58,446 bases of DNA from Elusimicrobiota bacterium (GTDB lineage Bacteria > Elusimicrobiota > Elusimicrobia > O2-12-FULL-59-9), in assembly GCA_016206405.1 (NCBI GenBank), contig JACQRQ010000261.1, positions 1 through 58,446 of the forward strand, in the 5' to 3' direction. A program made the translations under genes and the position numbers. Shown here piece after piece: positions 18,436 through 27,700 of this stretch; the stretch's first letter is position 1; every line of letters begins with the position of its first letter. The notes below the pieces were generated by a model. That model did not search any database. It was not told where the DNA came from and worked only from the letters and a program-made list of their open reading frames with translations.

Positions 18436-21400
18436 TCAATTTCTTTTCCACAGTTTCCAGCTTTTTAGCCAACCGTTGCTTTTTCCGCTAAACACCAGCC
18501 GGTGCGCGGCAAAAATCTGAAATCCCCCAAAAGCCGTGAGCACCACCGCCATCAAGGTCATGTTCGCCAAGGGCTCGCGCCCGGCCAGAAAAGTGAAGAA
18601 TAGCGCCGTTCCGGCGGCGTACAAAATCTTCTCATAAAGCGTAATGACCCCCTCCATGGAGGCCATATGAGGTTTCATATTATTGTCCGGCTCATACATC
18701 GCCTTTCGCTTCAATGAAAGCCCGATGAAATGAAGCGGCCCGCGCAGCAGGGCAAAAGCCATCAGGCTTCCCAAGGCCCAATTGAGGGCGCCCAACGGAG
18801 TGCCTCCGTAGATGGGCAACGCGCCCCAGAAAAAGAGAAAGCCCAAACCAGACGCCACATACGCCGCCGTACCCACATTTTTCCACCAGTGATGGGTGTT
18901 TTGATTCTTGCTGGGATTAAAAACGATCATCATCGCCCCGGCCAACACTTTGCCCAAAAAGGTGGTCGCGATGATCTTAGGCCATTGGCCCGGCAGATAC
19001 GCGGTCGCGTACTGCAGCAAAGTCAGCAGAACCGCGGGCTCAAGAACCAGGTAGAAATTGAGCGTATTGAAAAGGGTCAGGAAAGGATTATTACGAATCA
19101 ATTTAAATCCCTGCAGGATGGCGGGAGTGGTTTGCCTTAACTGATCATATTGCCGGCGCGTCCATGCCGGCAGTTGCTGAACCCACGAAATCGCCTTGGC
19201 CACAGGATTGCCTATGGCATGGCGGTATCTTTTTGAAAAGGCGAAGGAATACAAGGACATGGTCAGCATCAGCGCCAATACGTAAGGCAGCGGCGAGAAA
19301 GCCCAACCGGCCCCGGCTCCCCGCCACGCATCCATGAGGCCGATGAAATAATCCGCAACATAGAAGCCGGTCACAAATCCCACCGTGTTGGTCAAGACGG
19401 AGTCGATGCCTTCGGTCTTATTGTAAACGGTCTCCGTGGTCCCGACCACGCGTTTGTCGGCAAGGTCCTCAATGCTGTAGTACACGCCCTCAAAAAAACC
19501 GGAAAGACCGGCCACGACGAAAAGCAGCGTCACGTTCAAGGGCATGCCGAGAAGCCACATTCCCGGGATCAAAGCGATCACTACGGCCAATTTTCCCAAA
19601 GACCCCTTCATCATCTGCACGGCCCTGGCCTTGTCCGACCGGGGACCGGCGAAAAACTCGCCCAAGCCGTTGCTGAGCTCAAAAACCATCTCGTATATCC
19701 CGAAGGCGGCCAGAGGGCTTAGGAAACCGGCCGTTAAATGGCCCGTGTATTCGGGCAGCCCGGCTAGGTAGACGCTTAAGCCCGCCGCCATCATCATCCG
19801 GCCGACCTGCAGCACCCACCATTTGATGTTTCTGCTTCGTTCCGGGATAACCCGGGTGAAATACCGGATCACTCCCTCAAAACGCTGCAATCCCCCCTGT
19901 ATCCACTGGGACGCTCGCCCCACATGCTTTTCAAACTTTGGATCAAGATTTAAATGTCTCTCCGCATGGGAAAGGGGAGGCCGGGTCCTGGCGTTCGGGG
20001 CTTTGATCCATCCATGCACGAACCAGGCCGTCGCCGCGACCGAGAGCAGCCACGGCGCATAAGATCCCAAGAAGCTGAGGTCAAAACCGCTCAAGGCGCG
20101 CGGGGCGAGTCCGCCGCTCAACGAGGTCGGGAGAAGCAACCCTCCGGCCATAATGCCGCTCCAGGCGAATTTCTTGATGGCGGGAGCCGGATTCGCCTTC
20201 GCGCTCATCGAAGCCGGCCTTCGGGCCGCGGAAGCTACGCGGCGCAAGAAATTTACCGTGTAAGCGACTTTGGCCTCCGGAAACGGAAAGGCATTGTCCA
20301 AGCCGGCGTCCAAATCCTCGCCCGCGCTGAAAGCGATGCTGCCCGGAAAGGAGCGCGCCATATAGGTATCCGCTCCGAAAGACCCCATCGCGTCGGCAAA
20401 CGTCAGAATTTTTTGCGGATGCACGGTCCGTCCCTGCTGGGCCAGCACGGCGACGACCTGCCGGACGGAATCCGCCTTCGAATACCGGCTGATGGTTAAT
20501 TCGTCGTCCTTAAAGGTGGCGATGTCGGGGAGGCGGCCGGACTTCAGGGCAAGCGCCACGCTGCCGGTCAATGCCTCGATTCCGTTGCGCCCCGGTTTAA
20601 ACCTCAACAGCAGGTCCGCGCGGTTGTCGACTTCAACGTCAAAATCCACGCCCTGCGAAAGCCCCAAAGACCGGGCCGAACGCATGAGGACGCGCCTAAT
20701 TTCTCGCTGCTCCGCCTCCGAGCGCAGCGGGCTTTCAAGCGTGTGAATTTTTTCCTCGGAATCGAACCAATCCAGGCGCGAGCCGCTGCGAGTGGCGAGG
20801 ATGAGGCCGGCCTTGCGCTCCAGGCGATCGATAAAAAGCCGTTTCATTCCCCTCTCGGAATCGAAGGGCCTGGCGGTGATGACGGCCACGGGAATATTTT
20901 GGGCCAAGAGCGCCTCCACCGCTGCGAGCAGGCGCCGCGGGGAACGCTCAACGTCATCGACCACCGTCTTGTCAAAGTCAAATTGAATAAGATCCGGCGT
21001 CCGGCGCTCGTAATACCGGATGAAAGCCTCGTAATCGGAAGGCGATAGGCGCGGTATGCTCAGCGGAGCGGAGGGAAATCTCTTAAGGATAAGCGATGCC
21101 GCCGCCCGTTTCAAGCGGTAGGCCCAACCCGGCGTCGGAAGATCATCAATAAGGGCGGCGGAAAGGTTCGGCGGCTTGCGGCGTGCGTCCGCCTCCGGCT
21201 TGCCGCCGGCGACGGTCAGAGCGGCAGCTTTGTTCTGCGCGTGCCGCGGCGAAGCGCCCCACGCGGACGTTGCGCCGTCCGCTTCCAACGCGGCGCCATT
21301 TTCGTAAATTTCATCAAGGGCCCTCTTCGGCGCTTTCTTGAGCTTCTTATAAAATGCCGGTAAATTTTCAAAGATGCGGCCCAAGGCGGCCGGCCCACGC

Positions 21401-21702
21401 TTTTTCTCGGCGCCTCCGCCGCCGAGCGCCGCAACCTGTGAAACTGAGGCGTAGGCGCCGGGACCGGCGGCAATCGTCGCCGGCAGCGCAGTATTCAGAA
21501 ATCGCGTCTGGATCGCGCCCTTCGGGCGGGTCCCCCGCCGGTGCAGGGAATAAGAAAAAGATTTTGAGGTCCCGGATGAATTTTTGCCGGCGCGGCGCAG
21601 CGAGGCCGCATGCGCTAAGGCCTGATAAGGGGCCAAGCCTGGGGAAATCAATATTAGGGCGGCGACTATTATCGAGGCGGCGATTTTTCGCGTTTTTTCC
21701 AT
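18436..21702 (-). CDS. Giant membrane protein (1088 aa): shared leader, canonical HAD-phosphatase-like module, large polytopic C-terminal domain
   Basis: Leader MEKTRKIAASIIVAALILISPGLAPYQALAHAASLRRAG. HAD motif I LIQFDFDKTVV (20956-20994), motif II-like VAVITARP, motif IV-like FADAMGSFGAD. From about residue 500 onward there are 12 or more hydrophobic segments. The start is 1 nt after the upstream stop. Confidence 0.85.
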   Translation of the reverse strand: MEKTRKIAASIIVAALILISPGLAPYQALAHAASLRRAGKNSSGTSKSFSYSLHRRGTRPKGAIQTRFLNTALPATIAAGPGAYASVSQVAALGGGGAEKKRGPAALGRIFENLPAFYKKLKKAPKRALDEIYENGAALEADGATSAWGASPRHAQNKAAALTVAGGKPEADARRKPPNLSAALIDDLPTPGWAYRLKRAAASLILKRFPSAPLSIPRLSPSDYEAFIRYYERRTPDLIQFDFDKTVVDDVERSPRRLLAAVEALLAQNIPVAVITARPFDSERGMKRLFIDRLERKAGLILATRSGSRLDWFDSEEKIHTLESPLRSEAEQREIRRVLMRSARSLGLSQGVDFDVEVDNRADLLLRFKPGRNGIEALTGSVALALKSGRLPDIATFKDDELTISRYSKADSVRQVVAVLAQQGRTVHPQKILTFADAMGSFGADTYMARSFPGSIAFSAGEDLDAGLDNAFPFPEAKVAYTVNFLRRVASAARRPASMSAKANPAPAIKKFAWSGIMAGGLLLPTSLSGGLAPRALSGFDLSFLGSYAPWLLSVAATAWFVHGWIKAPNARTRPPLSHAERHLNLDPKFEKHVGRASQWIQGGLQRFEGVIRYFTRVIPERSRNIKWWVLQVGRMMMAAGLSVYLAGLPEYTGHLTAGFLSPLAAFGIYEMVFELSNGLGEFFAGPRSDKARAVQMMKGSLGKLAVVIALIPGMWLLGMPLNVTLLFVVAGLSGFFEGVYYSIEDLADKRVVGTTETVYNKTEGIDSVLTNTVGFVTGFYVADYFIGLMDAWRGAGAGWAFSPLPYVLALMLTMSLYSFAFSKRYRHAIGNPVAKAISWVQQLPAWTRRQYDQLRQTTPAILQGFKLIRNNPFLTLFNTLNFYLVLEPAVLLTLLQYATAYLPGQWPKIIATTFLGKVLAGAMMIVFNPSKNQNTHHWWKNVGTAAYVASGLGFLFFWGALPIYGGTPLGALNWALGSLMAFALLRGPLHFIGLSLKRKAMYEPDNNMKPHMASMEGVITLYEKILYAAGTALFFTFLAGREPLANMTLMAVVLTAFGGFQIFAAHRLVFSGKSNGWLKSWKLWKRN

Positions 21703-21703
21703 T

Positions 21704-24700
21704 TCAAGTGAGAAAATGCGTGATATAAAACAACACCGTCGACCATCCCACGAAACCCAACACGCCGGCCATCAGGGACTTTTTCAAAGCGCCCGCTTTA
21801 TACATCTGCCAGAAAATCGCCGCCTGCAAGGTGATCCCGCCGATGGTGCAGGCCAAGGTGTTGATCCAGAACCACGGATTGGTCTTCGCCACCAAAAGCA
21901 AAGTGGGCAATAAAAAGGCGTTGGCCAGCAAGGGCAGCGCGACATAAAACCAATCCATGCCGGCCAGCAAGTGCGCGTTGCCGCTCTTTATATTTTGGTG
22001 ATTGGTCCAAAGCTGCTTGGCGGGAAAAGATAAAAATATCACATTGGCGGCAAAATTGAGAGGGCCGGTGACGGGCTGATAATGCGCGGCGACGATGGGC
22101 GGAAGGAAAATCCATGAACTCAGCATGGTCACCGCGGCCAACGCCCATTTGATCTTGGTGTAATTGTCCATGTCCTTGAGTTGATTAATCTTGGACTGAA
22201 GCCATTTCACCTTGTGGGACAGAGGCGAGAGCGTGCGCTTAAGCGCGTGGACTCGGGTTTCGCCTGGAGCCAATTCCATCTCGAAATCCGTTTTTTCTCC
22301 GGGAAGCCGAAAGCGCACAGGGGCCGGTTGGTCGGAGGGATTGGTCAGTACGGCGAGAGCCACATCTTGCATGATGGCTTCATTTTTTGGCCAGAGAAGA
22401 TACCCCGCCCAGGCTTCATCCCCCTGGCCTTGAATTCGCTCCGGCTGCGAAAAATTATTCAATAAGCGCCTCTTAAGTCTCTTTCCAACGGCATCGCCTT
22501 TTCTGCCATCGACGGGCTTGAATATTTCCTCAACCCTTTCAACGAGCGCGGCGTCGCCGGCCGGAGTCAACCAATGCGCGGCCGGAAACAACCGCGCCAT
22601 CCAATGGATCCCCGCGACCGGCGCCGGAAGGGCCAAAATTTCCCCGATGCCTCCTTTTTGCCAATGCTGAAAGACCTGCCAATCGATGGCCCGGCCCGCC
22701 TCGCCGGCTTTGCCGCTTTCCAAACGGGTTTGCCATCCGATTTGAGAATAATATGGAAGCCCGCCGGAGTCCTCCAGCGCGATGTCGCCCTGATTGATGA
22801 CGGCGTCGAAACCGGCGGCCGCCAGCGACCCGCGGTGAACATTGCCCTGGGCTAGAAAGGCGATCCCGGGATATTCCATTTTAAGCTCGGATATCAATTC
22901 CTCCCAAAACTCCCGGGCCGGCATTTGAACTCCGTGGTTTCTGGCAAATTCGCCGTTGAGCAGAAGCTCCGGATTTTCTATGCGGAACCCATCGATGCCG
23001 AATTTGGAAATCCAATGCCGCACGGTTTCCAGAGCCCACCGCCGAGTCTGAAGGCTGGAATAATCCAGTTGCGCCGCGTTGGGATGATGGCGAAGCCGCT
23101 CCCCTTCTCTCATGGCGCTCAGCCGGACCAACAGCGGCCCCTGTTCGGGATGCAGGATGGGGGCCCACCCTTCCGGAGGCCGGCGCAATTCCTCCGCGGT
23201 AGCCTTCCGGTGGATGATCATGCCGATGCTTTCAGTCAGGAAAGCGGAATCCAAAGAGACGTGATGCAAAGGCAAATCCATGATCACGCGCAGAGGTTTT
23301 TCCACCCTGGCGGAAGCTTGGCGGACCCTGCGGGTGAATGCCGCCAAATCCTGCGAAGCGCCCAGCGCCGGATTGACCAAGCCAAAATCAATGGGCGCAA
23401 AAGGAGCGCTGACATCCCTGAGCATTGCCGAACCGATGGAAAACGTATTGACGTCCTGTTGGTCCGCCAATGCCGCTATTTCCTCCGGCGACCAAGCGCC
23501 CAGCGGCTTCGCGGTCTTGGGCAGTTCATAGACCTGCATTTCTCGCGCCCACGCGGATAGATTGTTCTTCATGTGGCTTTGCTGCAGCTCAGGAACCTTC
23601 TTTTCCAGAAAAGCCGTAAGCTGCCGCCGGAGATCGTGAGGATTCTTTTTAATGTCCAGAAGGGATTTGAGTTCGGACCGGACAAGACCCGCCCATGATG
23701 AAAAAGAGCTCAAAGGCTGGAGCAATTCCTCGATCATGTAGGCGAAGAGCTGCGGCATTTGGCCGGACAGGGCGCGGTCGATATCCTCCGACTCTGCTCT
23801 CTTTCGCGCGGCCTCAAGGCCTTCGTGCCGACTCTCCAATTCATCGGCCTCTTGATTGAGGCGCCGGATATCGCGGTCCAACTGCGTCAAGGCGTAGAGA
23901 ATGCCCTCCAGACCGGCGGAGGGCGCAAACCGGCTGCCGCGGCCCAAATTAAACGCGAACGGCGCGAGCCTGGAATGGTCCGGCAACAGAGGCCCAACGC
24001 TGAGAATCTGTCGCTCCTCCAAAGACAGCCGCCATGTGTCCAGATTTTTTTGCCGGATTTGAATCTGCTGTTGACCGGCGTCGCGGCCGGCGGCGCTCTC
24101 CGATGAGCTTAACAAGGCCGCGGCGAAGGAAGGAATTAGCCCGCGGCGGTTGGCCCGCTGCACCCAGCCGGAAATCCAGCTCAACTGCCGCTTCGCCTTG
24201 AAATTCGCCCATTTTTGATCGGAGCGCTGATTCTCCAGCGATAGAAGGCGCAGATAAAGCCTCAAGCTTTCCTGAATGACCGCCGGCTTATTCTGCAGCA
24301 TCGCCTTCAGGTTTTCGAGCAGGGATTCGGGATCTTTCGCGTCGTCGGCGGCGAAAATGTTCTCAAGCCATATCAGAAGCCCCGGATATTTTTTGATCTC
24401 CTCCACGTTGAAACGGCTGAAAAACGCCTCCAAATAGGGAGCCGGCAGAGCCAGAATCATCCGGCTGGACATGCGCTGGCGCTGCAAAAACTCCAGCAAC
24501 GGGCTCTCGGAGCTGAACGGCGCGGCGGAACCGAAATCCAAACTCACGGTCGCCGCCAATTCGGGTAAATTATTTTTTTGCCTGTCGGCGTTGACTCCAT
24601 CCAGTTTTTTAAGCGCCCAAGCCAGCCTTTCCAAGGCGACCGCCTCCGTCCCCCCTTTTTTTCCCAAAACTTCCTCGTTCCAAACCGAAGAATCACTGGA

Positions 24701-27700
24701 CCCGGTCGGGTCCTTTTTGGACCCCAAGCGGATGAGTACCGCGCCGGCAGGAGGCTCCACAACCTCGGTTTCATCTTGAATCGGAAACACCAGCCCGGGG
24801 ACTCGCGCCAAAAAGCCGCTTTTTTCCAAGACCTCATTTAAGGCCGTCATTTTATTTTCGGGAATCGAAAGCGTAATATAACCGGGTAGAACGGCGCGCA
24901 CCGCGCCGCCCAGTTTGCGCACCTCTTTGAGTGGAAAATCAACCCTCTCCATGGCCCATGCGGCCTGTCCCTCGGATGCGGCGGTCTTGTCGGGACCGTA
25001 CAACAATATGGCATCGGAGAGAATGGATTTCTTGCCCGGAGGCGCCTCCACGATGAGATGCAAGCCGCTGATCTCGGAGTCGGCGCCGGCGATGCCGGCT
25101 GGATCGGGCGAAAGCCGGAGAGGCACTTTTTGGATATTGGCGAAAATCTGCGCCAAAAGACCAAGTTCATCATTGGGATATTTTCCCAATTCCTTGTATT
25201 TTTCCACGAAATCCAGCATCGCCTTGCGAATGGCGGCGGAACTCCTCAACCGCGGGATCACCGCCTGGGGACGCAGCCGGACCAACTGCACGTAAAACCG
25301 GATAACCTGCGCCGCGATCCGCCGGCCGACCGGATCGTCGCTGGCGGCCTGAACGGCGTGCACGAACGCTTCGTCGGGCAAAGAATCGGCATCCGCCAAG
25401 CCCTTCTCGCGCAGGGCATCGAGAGCCAGTTCGCGGATATTGACCCTTTCCATCGGATCGGAAACGATGGAAGCCAGAAAAAGGGTGATTGGATCTCCCC
25501 AAGAAATTTTCTCATCCACGGTCTCGCGCAGAGCCCACAGCACGCTCCACCGGGTGAATTTGGATTTCGAGGGGTTGTATTCCTTTAGAAATTCCAGCAG
25601 GACCGGCAGGGACTCCTCCGTGTGGCCGCGCCGCGCCAATCCCGCCGCGGCGTAAAGCCGCGCCTGCCCGGAAGATTCCTTAAAAATCTTCTGCAGCGCG
25701 TCGGTGGATTCCGGGGATTCAATTTTCCACAAAGCCTGAAGCGCGTGCTGCCGCAAACGCTCGTCTTGGGCGGCGCCGGCCTGCGTCAAAGCGGGGACGG
25801 CCGCCGCGGTCCGGAACTCGCCCAAAGCGAAGACCGCGGCGGCGCGGTTAAGCCAGGGCTCGTTCTGGTCGAGAACCGTTTCAATAAATGCGGGCAGAAC
25901 CTTCTTGACCTCCGCCTCAAAAGCCGCCCTCCAAACCTTTTCCAGCTCCCTGGCTCTTTCCGGCGTCAACTCCAGAACGCCGGTCTTGGCCAAAAGCCAG
26001 CCATACTCCTCGTTATCGAGAACGGGCCTGCCGAATGCTCCTTTTGAAAAGCTCATGATTTTCGGCGCGGCATCGAGAATAATGGCTTTGAGCGGCGGCG
26101 GCGTCTTCTCCCAGGAAGGGTGAGAGCGGACTTGCTCCAAAACCTTTTCCACGGCTTTTGCCCGCGCGCCGTCGAAAGGCGCATTGGAAAGCGCCTCCAT
26201 ATCACGGTAGCGGCGTATCGCCTGATAGCCTTTAGGCTCGCTGAAGATTTTCGTGGCCAATTGCGCCGCATGATAGGCGTGCGCCTGGCCGGCGCCCATC
26301 CCCTGATGCGGAAGCCCCATACTTATGGCCGTCGCCATCAAAATGTATTTTATCGACTGGTGAGCGTTTTCAGAGAAGAACTTCCTGGCCTCACCATAAT
26401 CTTTGCCGCGAGCCCAAAGCAGCGTATAAATGACGGTCTGATAAATGGCGCCGCCTATCCCGGCGATCATCGGAGAAGCCATAGATGTTCCGGACATCCA
26501 AACGTAGCGCGCCCCCTTGACCACGACGTCGCACAAGTCTTTCACGCGGCTTGATCCGCCGGCGGCCAAAACCCCCTCAAATTCTCCTTTCAAGTAGAAG
26601 AAGCACTCCTTGAGCCACGATCGCACGCCTCGAATAGTGCCGCCGACCGCGGTGATGTCCGGTTTGGAGACGTATTTACCCCGGACCGGGTCCCATACGT
26701 CTCCCTGGCTGCTGAAACCCGACAACTCTCCGAGATGGTCTTTTTCTCCCTTGGTCAGGCTCGCGACCGCCATGACGGCCGGGTTGGCGGCCGGAGAACC
26801 GACGGTCTGTCTTTGGGGACCGCTGTTTCCGGCGGCGACGGATACGAAAACGCCGGCTTTTTCAATCACCCTGCCCAAAAATTTGGCGAGTTCCGAACCA
26901 GGATGTCCCTCGCTGCCCAGGCTCAAATTGACGACCTGCAGCCCCTTCTGGAGCAGGGCCACCACGCCGCTTTGAATGACGCTCATTCTCGCGCCGCTTT
27001 CGTCATCGGCGAAGACCTTGGCCATGGTGGCTTTTGCGCGGGGCAAAAATCCCTGAATCCATCGCTTTCGGAACAGGCTCACCGCCTTGCCGCCGATGAT
27101 GGATATCACATGCGACCCATGCAGCTGCGGATCATCGGACTTCTGGTTGACCAGGTTTACCTCTTCGACGTGCGAAATCATGGGGTGCGACGGATTGCGG
27201 CCGGTATCCACCGCGCCGGCGCTAATTTGCGTCCGGGAAAGGCGCGGCAGGACGTAGACTAAGGACGCGAAGAACTGCCGCAGGCGCCGGAGCAAGGACA
27301 AAGGCTTGCCGTCCGGGCCGCGCATTTGCGAAACGATTTTCCAGCCCGCTTTGAGAGCCGCCGCGTATGAAATCTCCCCCCCGTCGATCCCTGTTTCCCG
27401 GAGCGGGTTGAAATGGTGCAGTTGCGGACTGATGTGCATGAGCGAGCTTACGCGGTACTGGAACAAGGTGGAAGGAATTCCTCTCTCCCGGAACCGGTCC
27501 TGCATTTGAGCCGCGACAACCTCCGGAACGCTCAAAAAAGCGTGGTTGCCGTATTTTTCCTCAATCACCGTGATGATCTCAGCCCCTTTGTCGAGGAGCT
27601 CTTCCAAAAAGGGCGAGCGGCCGGAAGCCGTGTCCGGAACCACGGTTCCACCCTCGATGCCGGCCCGGATCAACTCGCTTTTTGCCTCGACCGCCTCCTC

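Noticed and set aside
21704-22180. Possible PQ-loop/SemiSWEET-like motif (FPAKQLWTNHQNIKSGNAHLLAG) in the C-terminal TM region of the 2684-aa protein
   Set aside because: The resemblance rests on a few residues and the spacing is off. I keep it only as an unclassified multi-TM anchor.
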